In this document: piece after piece, positions 16,389-25,902 of the stretch
Layout: the number at the start of each line of letters is the position of its first letter
How positions within the stretch are numbered: position 1 is the stretch's first letter
NCBI GenBank assembly: GCA_046706905.1
Contig: JBJKPA010000043.1
Coordinates: forward strand, 1 to 55,190
Origin: Gemmatimonadaceae bacterium
Lineage (GTDB): Bacteria > Gemmatimonadota > Gemmatimonadetes > Gemmatimonadales > Gemmatimonadaceae
Length of the DNA: 55,190 bases
Direction of reading: 5' to 3'
Position numbers and translations under genes: made by a program
Notes under the pieces: generated by a model
Seen by the model: the letters and a program-made list of their open reading frames with translations, nothing else
Database searches by the model: none
What the model was told of the DNA's origin: nothing

Positions 16389-17940
16389 TCGGGACCGGCT
16401 CCGGCGCCGACGCCGGCGGACCGACCGCGACGGAGTTGCTCGCCCGACGCAGGCGAGCCATCCGGTGTTCCCGGAAGCGCATGTAGCGCACGGCCGCGAT
16501 GAGCCCCGCCATGACCCAGAACATCCGGAGCATCGTGTTCACGCGCAGCGTCCAGCTGAGGAATGCATCCGGGATGAAGCATATCTCCGCCGACAGGGCG
16601 GCGGCGTTCACGGCGTACAGCACCTCGTCCTTCACCGACAGATTCGTGAATCCCATCCAGATGATCGAGCCCCACACGGCGCACCAGAGAAGCATGCCGA
16701 AGATCCCGGTCTCCGCCCACCAGAGATAGAAGATCTCGTGGACCGCGGGCGGATGGCCGGCGTAGGCCGACGCGGGGATGTTCGTGTACTTGGGCAGCTC
16801 GAACACGTAGCTGTTGAGTCCATGCCCGAACCAGGGAGCCGCGTCGATCATGCGGCGGGCGTCTTCCTTGTACATCTCGCGGGCGAGCGTGGAGTTGTCC
16901 TTGCTGTCCAGCGCGCGGCGCAGGATCGGTCCGCTGAGTCCGACCCCGACCACCAGCCCGACCAGTCCCACCATCCCGATCACCTTGGCCGACCGCCACC
17001 GCAGCTTGGGGTGCAGCGGCATGAAGATCAGGACGAGGGTGACGGAGAGCGTCGCGGCCACCCACGCCGACCGGGAGAGCGAGATCACGACGCCGGGGCA
17101 GGCCAGCGCGATGGCCGCGATGAAGAAAGCCTTCGCCTTCGCGCTCCGGCTCACGAGGAGCAGGGCGATGCATATCGGGAGCAGGACGGCGAAGTACATG
17201 CCCATGTCGTTCGCGTGCTGGAGCAGGGCGCTCGGCCGGAATACGTTGACGCCGTGCACCGACGTCGCGGCGAGGACCTGGATCGTGCTCTCGGAGGTCT
17301 CGCCCAGCACCTGGAGGCCGATCAATCCGTGTTTGCCGTACTCGATGAGGGCGATGACGCCTTCCAGGATCGCGCCGGCGGCCAGGCCGGCGCCGCAGTG
17401 CCAGGCCCGTCTGGGCGAGTCGACGAAGTTGGCGACGACCACGTAGAGGATCGTCAGCTTGGTCATCCGTACGCATTCCTGCGCCGCGGTCGTGCGCCAG
17501 GGGCCGACGATCACCCAGATCACGCCGATGCCGATGAGCATCATGTAGGGAATCGCCGGCTTGGGCACGTGGATGCCCTTGCGCCGGGCCTTCACCATGT
17601 CCCAGAGGATGAACGCGAGCAGCGGGAGCCAGAAGAGATCGCTGACCTCGAGGCGGAACGAGTCCTCGCCGCCCGCCTTGCCCAGGAACATGGGGCCGAA
17701 GCGCTTGCTCAGGCTGAGGGGCACCGTGAGCATCAGGCCCCAGAGGCAGAAGAGTTTCGGATTCCCCGAGAGCAGCCCGGTGACCGCGACGAGGGCCACC
17801 GCCGCGATGATGGCGAAGTTGCGGAGGCTGGTGGCCGTGGACAGCAGCAACAGCCCGAATGCGCCGCCCAACACCAACGCCACGAGGAGCGACTGCTGGA
17901 GGATGTCCTGCGTGCGGTTGGGAACCCGGCCGGAGTACAT
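16381..17940 (-). CDS. O-antigen ligase/polymerase family membrane protein (Wzy-like)
   Basis: Polytopic membrane protein of 519 aa. The periplasmic-loop motif AVHEIFYLWWAETGIFGMLLW resembles the Wzy_C/O-antigen ligase signature. Confidence 0.75.
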   Translation of the reverse strand: MYSGRVPNRTQDILQQSLLVALVLGGAFGLLLLSTATSLRNFAIIAAVALVAVTGLLSGNPKLFCLWGLMLTVPLSLSKRFGPMFLGKAGGEDSFRLEVSDLFWLPLLAFILWDMVKARRKGIHVPKPAIPYMMLIGIGVIWVIVGPWRTTAAQECVRMTKLTILYVVVANFVDSPRRAWHCGAGLAAGAILEGVIALIEYGKHGLIGLQVLGETSESTIQVLAATSVHGVNVFRPSALLQHANDMGMYFAVLLPICIALLLVSRSAKAKAFFIAAIALACPGVVISLSRSAWVAATLSVTLVLIFMPLHPKLRWRSAKVIGMVGLVGLVVGVGLSGPILRRALDSKDNSTLAREMYKEDARRMIDAAPWFGHGLNSYVFELPKYTNIPASAYAGHPPAVHEIFYLWWAETGIFGMLLWCAVWGSIIWMGFTNLSVKDEVLYAVNAAALSAEICFIPDAFLSWTLRVNTMLRMFWVMAGLIAAVRYMRFREHRMARLRRASNSVAVGPPASAPEPVPNA

Positions 17941-17947
17941 GGCCCGG

Positions 17948-18766
17948 CTACGGCTGCGCGCTCGTCGACCGTTCGGTCAGCACGGTGGTGACGTTGTCGG
18001 CCCTGCACATCCGCAACGTGCTCTGGGCCGCGTCGATCTCGCTCTTGTGCGTCTGCCCTTCGCTCGCGAGCAGGAGGACCTGACCGACCTCGCCCGCCAG
18101 CCCGAGCGCGAGGCCGTTGGCGAGCAGCCCGCCCGCCGAGACGACCACGAAGTCGAAGTGCATGGCGATGTGCGCCAGGGTTCGGGTGACTTCGGGGGTC
18201 GCCGATCCGGGGGCATGGTGCCGGTTGCCCCGGGGCAAGAACGACACCAGGTCGTGGCTGGTGGACAGGACGAGGTCCTCCAGCCGGAGGTCGGGGTACG
18301 CGATGAGGTCCGAGAGCCCCTGCGGCGGCTCTCCCGGCAACTGTCGGGTGAGCTCCATCTCGTCCGATGCGTCCACGAGCAGCACCGGCCGGCCGAGCTC
18401 GTCGGCGATCGACCGCGCCAGCTGCATGCTCATCGACGCCGAGGCATCCGATCGGGCCGCCGTGGTGACCAGCACCGATCGGCGTGCCTGGCCGCGCGGC
18501 AGCGTATGGTGGAGCTGCAGCGTCAAACGACGATACGCGTCGGCGTCGCCCACGGGGGCGGCGTGCCAGACCTGCGTCCACAGGCGCCGCAGGCGCTGGG
18601 GCATGGGCGTCGCCACGCCGTTCTGGCCGTCTTGGGACGCGCCGTTTCCGTTCGTGTGAATCCGGGACGTGACCCGGTCCCACACGCCCAGGAGCTTCTC
18701 TTTCACACCAGTCTCGGACATGCGGATAGTTCGGAGGAATCTCGCCTTCACGCCGGCCTCAGACAT
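17948..18766 (-). CDS. BY-kinase-fold (MinD/ParA-like) protein lacking Walker A, A' and B catalytic residues
   Basis: Collinear with BY-kinase blocks, but VLVTTAARSDASASMSMQLA replaces the xxGEGKST P-loop, LLVDASDE replaces DADLR, FDFVVVSAGG replaces the hhhDTPP Walker B, and there is no C-terminal Tyr cluster. An alternative start lies at 18721. Confidence 0.7.
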   Translation of the reverse strand: MSEAGVKARFLRTIRMSETGVKEKLLGVWDRVTSRIHTNGNGASQDGQNGVATPMPQRLRRLWTQVWHAAPVGDADAYRRLTLQLHHTLPRGQARRSVLVTTAARSDASASMSMQLARSIADELGRPVLLVDASDEMELTRQLPGEPPQGLSDLIAYPDLRLEDLVLSTSHDLVSFLPRGNRHHAPGSATPEVTRTLAHIAMHFDFVVVSAGGLLANGLALGLAGEVGQVLLLASEGQTHKSEIDAAQSTLRMCRADNVTTVLTERSTSAQP

Positions 18767-20441
18767 CCGGATCGTTCGATCGATCGTCGTCGTCTTGCCC
18801 CGGAGTGAGGAAGAGGGCTTGACCCGCCCGGCCGCTGCCGAGGGTCAAGGCGGGCACACTGCTCCCGATGTCGACGGTGGCGAACACCCGCGTTCCGATG
18901 CGGCCGCTCATCACGTCGCTGTGCTGGAGCCGTCCGGCGGTCATGGTCCTGAGGACGGCAACGATCGCGCCCAGCAGCAGGCCGACCAGCAGCGCGCCGG
19001 GGTACAGGTACTTCAGCTTGGGCCAGTGCTTGCTGGTCGGGAGTCTCGCGTAGTCGATGACCCTGACGCTCTGCGGCGCGTTGAAGGCCGCGGCCGCCGA
19101 CACCTGCGCCTCGTTGCGGCGGAGGAGCAGTTCCTTGAGCTTCTCCGCCGATGCGTCGTAGTCGCGGTCGAGGTCCGCGGACTGATCCATCACCACGGGC
19201 AGGCTCGCGAGGCGGCTCTTCATGGATTCGTCGGTCTGCTCGGTGGAGGCGAGGGAGGCCTGGGCGCCCCTGAGGCTGGCCTCGAGCTGCTCGCGGGTCT
19301 GGAGGAGATTCTGGTGGTTGGGATTGACACCCTTGGTCACGCTCTGGTCGATGTACTCGGGCTCGGTCGCGATGAGCTCCTGCACCTTCGCGATCTGCGC
19401 CTTGATATCGGTGACCTCGGGCGAGTCCTCCCGGTACCGGGTGCGCACGGCGATGAGCGACGACTGCAGGTCGAGCAGGTGCTGCTGCGCGCTCTGGCGG
19501 AGGGGATTGACCTCCTGCTCCGAGGAGAGCACCACGTCGGGGGGCTCGTTCTTGAGCTGGGCGGTGTTCTCGCGGAGGCTGGCTTGGATGGAGGCGATCT
19601 GGGACCGGAGCTGCGCGGCGTTCATCTCGACGTTCGTCAACTGATTCACGTCCTGGGCGTCCTTCTGGAACTTGACGTACAGCCCGTGCGCCTTGGCGAA
19701 CGCGTCGCGCTTGGCGGCGATGCTGTCCACTTCCCGGCGGGCGTCGGCGACCTGCTGATCGAGCACGTGGTACGCCGTCTCCGCCTCCTTGCTGAACAGC
19801 TTCTTGCGGTAGGCGAGGTACGCGTTGATCACGTCGTTGGTGATGTCCGCGATCGCGGGCGTGGGCCCATCGGCCGTGATGGTGGCGACGTACGAGTCCT
19901 CATCGCTCTTGATGTCCAGTCCGGACTTCAATCCGTCCAGCGTCCGGCCGGCCTGTTTGAGCTTGTTGGTCTCGGGCGTGGCGTAGGGATCCGGGTCGAT
20001 CCAGTTCTTCACGGCCTTGTATCCCCGACCGGGCCACGACTGGTCCCACAGCCACGAGAGCTGATCCAGGAACGAGTGGTATACCTGCGGATAGGTGAGT
20101 TTCCGGGCCACGATGACCTTGCCCAGCACCGGTCCGCTCGTGAACAGCTGCAGCTCGTCCTTGGCGTTGAACTTCCGGAACACTTCCCAGTTCGAGTAGA
20201 ACTGGTCGCGGGCCGGATCCATGTCCTGTTCCGACATGATGTGCGCCTTGACCTGGTAGTCCGCCGGCCAGAGCACCACGTACACGGTGGTCGCGAAGAG
20301 CGTGAGCGCGCACGTGATCAGGATCAGGGCCTTGTTGTGCTTGACCGCCCCCGTGAAGAGCTGCAGGAAGGCTCCGAGGTCGAACATGTCCTCGTCGCCA
20401 AACCCACCCCTGCCCGGCTCCATCAGTTCGTTAGGACTCAT
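18759..20441 (-). CDS. Polysaccharide co-polymerase / chain-length determinant (GumC/Wzz-type, no fused kinase)
   Basis: N-terminal TM (ALILITCALTLFATTVYVVLW), a long coiled-coil periplasmic region, and a C-terminal TM (YPGALLVGLLLGAIVAVL). Confidence 0.8.
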   Translation of the reverse strand: MSPNELMEPGRGGFGDEDMFDLGAFLQLFTGAVKHNKALILITCALTLFATTVYVVLWPADYQVKAHIMSEQDMDPARDQFYSNWEVFRKFNAKDELQLFTSGPVLGKVIVARKLTYPQVYHSFLDQLSWLWDQSWPGRGYKAVKNWIDPDPYATPETNKLKQAGRTLDGLKSGLDIKSDEDSYVATITADGPTPAIADITNDVINAYLAYRKKLFSKEAETAYHVLDQQVADARREVDSIAAKRDAFAKAHGLYVKFQKDAQDVNQLTNVEMNAAQLRSQIASIQASLRENTAQLKNEPPDVVLSSEQEVNPLRQSAQQHLLDLQSSLIAVRTRYREDSPEVTDIKAQIAKVQELIATEPEYIDQSVTKGVNPNHQNLLQTREQLEASLRGAQASLASTEQTDESMKSRLASLPVVMDQSADLDRDYDASAEKLKELLLRRNEAQVSAAAAFNAPQSVRVIDYARLPTSKHWPKLKYLYPGALLVGLLLGAIVAVLRTMTAGRLQHSDVMSGRIGTRVFATVDIGSSVPALTLGSGRAGQALFLTPGQDDDDRSNDPDV

Positions 20442-20508
20442 CTCACATCTCCCCTGCGGCCATCCTGCGTATCCCTCCCGGGCCGGGTCCTTCCCATGAC
20501 GCGTGCGG

Positions 20509-21285
20509 TCACGACGCTGCCGAGGCCGCGCGCGTGGGAAACTCGAGCGACGCAGCCCCGGACTCCTCCAGCCCCTCCATCCAGGGCGGTTCGCCCCCCT
20601 TGGACAGGCTTTCTATGGCCTGCTGATCCTTGCTCGTATCCATCGAGCGCCAGAAACGTTCGTGCTGATAGGCGTAGAGGTCGCCCGTGGCGGCGAGCGC
20701 CGGGAGGACGTCGCCTTCGAGGTTCGTCCCCTCCCACTGCTTGAAGGCGCCCTTCTCGAACACGAAGAATCCGGCATTGATCCAATGATCCGGAATCACG
20801 GGTTTCTCGCGGAACCGGAGCACCTGCTGCGACGCCGTGAACTCGACCGTGCCGTACTGCGAGCGTAGCGGCACGGTCGTCACGGTCGCGAGCCCGCCGC
20901 ACTTCTTGTGGAACGCGAGCAGCGCGTCGAGGTCGATGTTGCCGAGTCCGTCGCCGTACGTGACCATGAACCGCCCATCGAGGTGCGCCTCGCATCGGCG
21001 GATGCGATCGCCGGTGTCGGTGTCCTCACCGGTGTCCAGCACGCGGATGTTCCAGTCCCGGAACTTGCCGTCGAAGTAGTCGGCCAGGATCTCCTGGCGA
21101 TGGCCGGCGGCGAGGAGGAAGTCCGTATGACCCTGCCGTGCGTAGATCTCCATCAGGTGCACGATGATGGGCCGGCCTCCGATCGGCATCAGGGCCTTGG
21201 GGAAATGGTCGGTATAGGGATAGGAACGCGTTCCCTTGCCGCCGCAGAGGATGACCACCGGGAGCGATCGGGAGTGAGTCTGCAC
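20509..21285 (-). CDS. rfbF: Glucose-1-phosphate cytidylyltransferase
   Basis: C-terminal 258 aa of track ORF 20509..22629: VVILCGGKGTRSYPYTDHFPKALMPIGGRPII...YGDGLGNIDL...INAGFFVFE...WRSMDTSKD. GTG 21285 lies 2 nt after the upstream stop. Confidence 0.85.
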   Translation of the reverse strand: MQTHSRSLPVVILCGGKGTRSYPYTDHFPKALMPIGGRPIIVHLMEIYARQGHTDFLLAAGHRQEILADYFDGKFRDWNIRVLDTGEDTDTGDRIRRCEAHLDGRFMVTYGDGLGNIDLDALLAFHKKCGGLATVTTVPLRSQYGTVEFTASQQVLRFREKPVIPDHWINAGFFVFEKGAFKQWEGTNLEGDVLPALAATGDLYAYQHERFWRSMDTSKDQQAIESLSKGGEPPWMEGLEESGAASLEFPTRAASAAS

Positions 21286-21287
21286 GG

Positions 21288-22703
21288 TCAGTATGCCCCC
21301 TTGCCGGAGAAGACGGCCGGAACGGTGCGCAGCAGCAGCTTCAGGTCTTCGGTCAGCGTCCAGTTGTCCACGTAGTCGACGTCGAGCTGCATCCACTGCG
21401 CGAAGGGAATGTCGTTCCGTCCCTGCACCTGCCACCGGCAGGTGAGTCCCGGCTTCATGGCGAATCGGCGTCTGAATTCGCCCGCGATCGCCATGGATTC
21501 GTGGAGCGGGAGCGGGCGCGGGCCCACGAGGCTCATGTCGCCCCGCAGGACGTTGAAGAGCTGCGGCAGCTCGTCGAGGCTCAGCCGGCGCAGGATCTTC
21601 CCGATGCTGGTCACGCGCAGATCGCCCGGGGCCTTGAAGATCGGGCCGCCGGTGATGTTGCGATGCGCCACCAGATGGAGCATCGAATCGGCGCCCTCCA
21701 CCATCGTCCGGAACTTGATCATGACGAACTGGCGCCCCCGCAACCCCATACGGGTTTGCTTGAACAGCACGGGCCCCGGCGAGGACAACTTGACCAGGAT
21801 CGCCAGCAGCACGAACAGCGGGCTCAGCAGGACCAGCAGCACGGACGAGAGCACGATGTCGAGCGCGCGCTTGACCTCGAGCTTGTCGGCGTTCCCGCAG
21901 CTGTCGTGCACCGTGAGCGCGAGGTGGCCGGGGATGAAGCCGACGTCCGTGGGCACCAGGTCGTCCGCATCGGCGCCCAGCGCCACGCGGCACAGCACGC
22001 CGTAAGCGCGCGACAGCCGGACGGCCTCCTGCTCGGCGCCGAGATCCCGCGAGTGCACCGCGATGAGGATCTCGTCCACGACGGTGTCCTGCAGGATCTT
22101 CTCGAGATCGGATCCGAGCGAGTCCCGCTCCCGGGGCACCGGCGCTTCCACATAGGCCGCCCCCGGGGGGAAGTGGAGGAACTTCCGCGCCTCCGGTGGC
22201 CCCATCCCGACGACGCTCACCTGGAAGCCCCATTCCGGCCGGTCGCGGAATTGATGCGCCAGCTCGACGGCCTTCTCCCACGTGCCGATGATCAGGACTC
22301 GGCGCTGATCGGCGCCGCGCCGGCGGAGCGCGTAGAGGATGTTGTACGCCACGCCCCGCCAGAGCAGCGAGAGCGTGATCCACAGCGCGACGAAGTCGGC
22401 GAGCGTCGTGATGAGCGGCCACAGACGCGTGGCCGCGATTACCGCGGCACCGGCGAGAAAGCCGATCGTCGAGGCCGTGAGGATGGCGGAGAACACCGTA
22501 CGCCATCCCCCAAGACGGTGGGAGTCGTACAGGCCGAAGTAGCGATGCAGGTACCCCCAGAAGGGGGTGAGCAGCAGCGCGAGGTAAAGGCCGGTATGGC
22601 CCTCGGTGGTCACCGAGGTCCATAGCCACGTCAGCAATGCCGCGATCAACAGCTGATCGAAGATGCCGACGGCGCGAAGCCAGCCTTCCGCTCGCTGTCT
22701 CAT
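21288..22703 (-). CDS. Undecaprenyl-phosphate hexose-1-phosphate transferase (bacterial sugar transferase, WbaP/WcaJ-like priming enzyme)
   Basis: Four N-terminal TMs, then KRALDIVLSSVLLVLLSPLFVLLAILVKL...PVLFKQTRMGLRGRQFVMIKFRTM...DELPQLFNVLRGDMSLVGPRP. Confidence 0.9.
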   Translation of the reverse strand: MRQRAEGWLRAVGIFDQLLIAALLTWLWTSVTTEGHTGLYLALLLTPFWGYLHRYFGLYDSHRLGGWRTVFSAILTASTIGFLAGAAVIAATRLWPLITTLADFVALWITLSLLWRGVAYNILYALRRRGADQRRVLIIGTWEKAVELAHQFRDRPEWGFQVSVVGMGPPEARKFLHFPPGAAYVEAPVPRERDSLGSDLEKILQDTVVDEILIAVHSRDLGAEQEAVRLSRAYGVLCRVALGADADDLVPTDVGFIPGHLALTVHDSCGNADKLEVKRALDIVLSSVLLVLLSPLFVLLAILVKLSSPGPVLFKQTRMGLRGRQFVMIKFRTMVEGADSMLHLVAHRNITGGPIFKAPGDLRVTSIGKILRRLSLDELPQLFNVLRGDMSLVGPRPLPLHESMAIAGEFRRRFAMKPGLTCRWQVQGRNDIPFAQWMQLDVDYVDNWTLTEDLKLLLRTVPAVFSGKGAY

Positions 22704-22729
22704 GAAAACGGGTGACCAGGAAACAGGGA

Positions 22730-22807
22730 CGCCTGGGGCGAATTGCCCAGGCGCTAGGTACTAAAAACCCAGACGCCGATATTACGCCCGCCTGAACCCA
22801 TGGGCAA
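22730..22807 (-). promoter_or_regulatory. Candidate sigma-70-like promoter plus 5'-leader hairpin for the priming-transferase operon
   Basis: Minus strand: TTGCCC (22807-22802), 17 nt, TAATAT (22784-22779). Leader hairpin CGCCTGGG/CCCAGGCG (22730-22737 pairs with 22746-22753, 8-nt loop). The region is less GC-rich than its surroundings. Confidence 0.3.
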
Positions 22808-22927
22808 GGAAGGATCGAATAAGGAAGCCAAATTGCGACACACCTCGCGCACCGTGCGGAGCAAGCCTGCGTGGCAGCGCAGGTTACGTCGCTCTTGTGA
22901 CTCAGATCACCGAGTCACTACACACGT

Positions 22928-23869
22928 TTAGAGAAGGAGCGCGCGGCTCCGGATGCTTCCCCACGTCAGTGCCCCGAACATCGCGAGGTCGCGCGGAAAA
23001 TAGAGCGCCGGCCGGAGGATTCGGAGCGGACCCGTGAGCGTTTTCGATGGCTCCCATGCACGATCGAAGACCCATGGGATCCAGAGCAGGAAGCCCAATG
23101 GGTGAATGAAGCCGAGGCCCAACCCGACGAGGCCCAGGGCGAAGAACGCCTGATTGCGGTTGTAGAAGTAGCGGGCGAAGAAGAATCGCCGCAGTTCGGG
23201 GTGCCAGTTCACGAGAAGTGGCACCGTGATCACCTGGGTCTCCAGGAACCACCGCCTCACCGGCATGCGAACGACCACGTGTGTCACGACGGCGTCTTCC
23301 GCGAACCGGCTCTCCCATCCATTCCACTTCACGGTCCAGGCCACGTCCGCGTCCTCCCCGCCCGCGATGTAGGCGCGGTCACCCTTCCGGTCGGCGCGGA
23401 AGCCCCCGGCCGTCTCGAACGCCTCCCGTCGGTAGAAGACGTTGGCGGTCTCGTAGAAGTAGCTCTCCTCGAGGATCTCCAGCGAGCGGTTGAACACGCT
23501 GTGCGGCACGCCCGTCTCGGGAATCGTTTTTCCCTGCACGAGACCAACGCGGTCGTCGAAGGCGGCGAGTCCGCTCCGCAGCCAACCCGGCGCGGCCTGG
23601 CAGTCGCTGTCGAGGAACGCGAGGTACCGGCCGCGGCCTTCCTTCACGCCCAGATTGCGTGACGGTCCCGGACCTTCGGGCTCCTTCCGCAGACAGCGGA
23701 GCGCACACCTCGCATCGGGCGCCAGGCGGCGGACCATTTCCGCGTTGGATTCGTCGGCGGAGCTGTCGACGACGATGACCTCGAATTGCCCGGGATCCAG
23801 GTCCTGCGCGATCGCCGAGCGAACGGCCTTCTCCAACAGTTCGGTGCGGCCGAACGCCGGAATGATCAC
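22928..23869 (-). CDS. Glycosyltransferase family 2
   Basis: IIPAFGRTELLEKAVRSAIAQDL...EVIVVDSSADES...LAFLDSDCQAAPGWL (GT-A fold, DxD-like DSD). GTG start. Confidence 0.8.
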   Translation of the reverse strand: MIIPAFGRTELLEKAVRSAIAQDLDPGQFEVIVVDSSADESNAEMVRRLAPDARCALRCLRKEPEGPGPSRNLGVKEGRGRYLAFLDSDCQAAPGWLRSGLAAFDDRVGLVQGKTIPETGVPHSVFNRSLEILEESYFYETANVFYRREAFETAGGFRADRKGDRAYIAGGEDADVAWTVKWNGWESRFAEDAVVTHVVVRMPVRRWFLETQVITVPLLVNWHPELRRFFFARYFYNRNQAFFALGLVGLGLGFIHPLGFLLWIPWVFDRAWEPSKTLTGPLRILRPALYFPRDLAMFGALTWGSIRSRALLL

Positions 23870-24184
23870 GGTGGCCAGCAGGGTGGTCGAAGCTATGCCG
23901 CACCTCCCCGTTCGGGAATCTCACGGTCCATGGCGGTCAAGGAAGTCCGAAATCCGTGTGGGTACCCGAGACATCGGCGCGGGAGCCACGCCGGGGTTGC
24001 CGCCGGGAACGCGGACGGCTGGGCTCGCGAGCCGACAAGAGCTTGTAGAGGCGGCCCGTGATCAGTTGAATGACGGCCCATATGGTGGCATCTTCGCTTC
24101 CGACCGCTCACCGTAGAGTTTCGCCAGCCAATGGTCACCATACCCGGCCCATCCCCGATCCGCAACCTCGTCTCCCGCCTGCCC

Positions 24185-24925
24185 ATGCTCAGAATCGCGC
24201 GCATTTCCTCCTGTGCCCTCCTACTCCTGGCGGGTTGCGTGAGCGCGCGCCCCAACGTGTCCTCGATCGCCGTCCCGAAGGACATCGTGACGGCCGAAGG
24301 AAGATTCCGGAAGGTGTACGTCTGGTCTCCGGGCGATCGCCTCGAAGTGGACGTGCGTGATTCGCCCGAAGTCTCGCGCACCGTGATCGTGCGGCCGGAC
24401 GGCTTCATCAGCCTCCCGCTGATCAACGACGTCAAGGCGGCCGGCCTCACGCCGATGGAGCTCCGCGATTCACTGACGCAGAAGTTCGCCAAGATCATGG
24501 TGAACCCCGAGGTCAGCGTGCTGGCGGTCGATGTTCCGCCGCCCTCCGTGTACGTGTTGGGCGAGGTCACCACCAACCGGGTCGTGGCGCTGCGTGACGC
24601 GCCCACCGCGGCGCAGGCGATCGCGCTGGCCGGCGGGCTGCTCAAGTCGGCCAACGCGAGCCAGGCCGTCGTGATCCGTCTGGGTCAGGACGGGCGTCTG
24701 CGGGCGATCCCGATCGACAATCGCGCCGGTGGACAACCGGGCCCCATCTTCGCCATGCGGATGACGCTGCTCGAGCCGGACGACATCGTGTTCGTGCCGG
24801 AGAACGGACGCAGTCAGGTGTCGCGGTTCATCGACGAGGTCGTGAGGCTCCCGCTGCAGACGCTGAGCCAGATCGGCGGCGTGTACTTCCAGTTCAGGCT
24901 GATCCAGCTCCTCTCGAAGAAATGA
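24185..24925 (+). CDS. wza: Polysaccharide export lipoprotein (Wza/GumB/EpsE-like, short form)
   Basis: Lipobox LLLLAGC. Poly_export motif PGDRLEVDVRDSPEVSRTVIVRPDGFISLPLINDVKAAGLTPMELR, followed by an SLBB-like segment. ATG 24185 is preferred to the track start at 24131. Confidence 0.8.
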   Translation: MLRIARISSCALLLLAGCVSARPNVSSIAVPKDIVTAEGRFRKVYVWSPGDRLEVDVRDSPEVSRTVIVRPDGFISLPLINDVKAAGLTPMELRDSLTQKFAKIMVNPEVSVLAVDVPPPSVYVLGEVTTNRVVALRDAPTAAQAIALAGGLLKSANASQAVVIRLGQDGRLRAIPIDNRAGGQPGPIFAMRMTLLEPDDIVFVPENGRSQVSRFIDEVVRLPLQTLSQIGGVYFQFRLIQLLSKK

Positions 24926-25902
24926 CGCACTCGGTCTCCGACTGGCGCGGGCGCTCGGTGCTCGTCACCGGATGCACGGGCCTCCTGGGTTCCTGGCTTT
25001 GCCGTCGTCTCCTGAACGAGGGGGCGACGGTCATCGGGCTGTCCAGGCGCGCGTATGCCGGCGGGACCGGCCTGCCGCCCGCGGTCGCGTTGGTGCAGGG
25101 GGGACTCGATGACGGCGACCTCATCCGCGGGACCGTCGCCACGCGAGGGGTCGACACGGTCTTCCACCTGGCGGCCCAGCCGCTGGTACCGCGCGCGGCC
25201 GCCGATCCGGCGGGCACGTTCGAGACCAACGTGCGAGGCACGTGGTCCCTGCTCGAGGCGTTGCGATGCGCGGGCCGGCCGGTTCGCGTCGTCGTGGCGT
25301 CGAGCGAGGGCGTCTACGGCGATTCGCCGAGCGAGGTCTATACCGAGGATTCGCCCCCCGTCGCCTCCAGGCCGTACGCGATCTCCAAGATCTGCGCCGA
25401 GACCATCGCGCGCGGCTATCGGGAGCATTTCGACCAGCGCGTCGGCGTGGCCCGCATGAGCCACCTCTACGGCGGTGGCGACCTCAACTTCGACCGGTTG
25501 ATCCCCGGGGTCATCCGCGCCGTGCTCCGCGACGAACGACCGACCGTGCTGAGCGACGGGACGCCCGAGCGGGACTACCTGTACGTCGAGGATGCCGTCG
25601 ACGGCTGTCTGCGCATCGCGACGGCGCTCGACCGGGCGGACGTACCGGAGTGGACGTTCAATCTCGGATGCGAGCAGCCGGTGTCGGTCACGCAGGTCGT
25701 CTCGACCGTGCTCGCCCGGATGGGACGCACGGATCTGGAGCCGCGGATCCTGGGGCAGCCGACCGGGTCCCTTTCACGCACCCATTCTTCCTGTGCCCGG
25801 GCGAAGTCGGCGTTGGGTTGGCACGCGACGGTCTCGCTGGAATGCGGCATCGAGAAGACCATTCCCTGGTATCGAGAACACGCCGAGGAGGTTCGCCCTT
25901 GA
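24922..25902 (+). CDS. SDR-family NDP-sugar epimerase/reductase
   Basis: Rossmann motif VLVTGCTGLLGSWL and catalytic YxxxK (PYAISK). The ATG overlaps the wza stop (ATGA). Specificity cannot be determined from the sequence. Confidence 0.8.
   Translation: MTHSVSDWRGRSVLVTGCTGLLGSWLCRRLLNEGATVIGLSRRAYAGGTGLPPAVALVQGGLDDGDLIRGTVATRGVDTVFHLAAQPLVPRAAADPAGTFETNVRGTWSLLEALRCAGRPVRVVVASSEGVYGDSPSEVYTEDSPPVASRPYAISKICAETIARGYREHFDQRVGVARMSHLYGGGDLNFDRLIPGVIRAVLRDERPTVLSDGTPERDYLYVEDAVDGCLRIATALDRADVPEWTFNLGCEQPVSVTQVVSTVLARMGRTDLEPRILGQPTGSLSRTHSSCARAKSALGWHATVSLECGIEKTIPWYREHAEEVRP

Noticed and set aside
21286-22629. N-terminal part of track ORF 20509..22629 (706 aa)
   Set aside because: The cytidylyltransferase homology begins at VQTHSRSLPVVILCGG. 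The upstream part is off-frame within the priming transferase gene.
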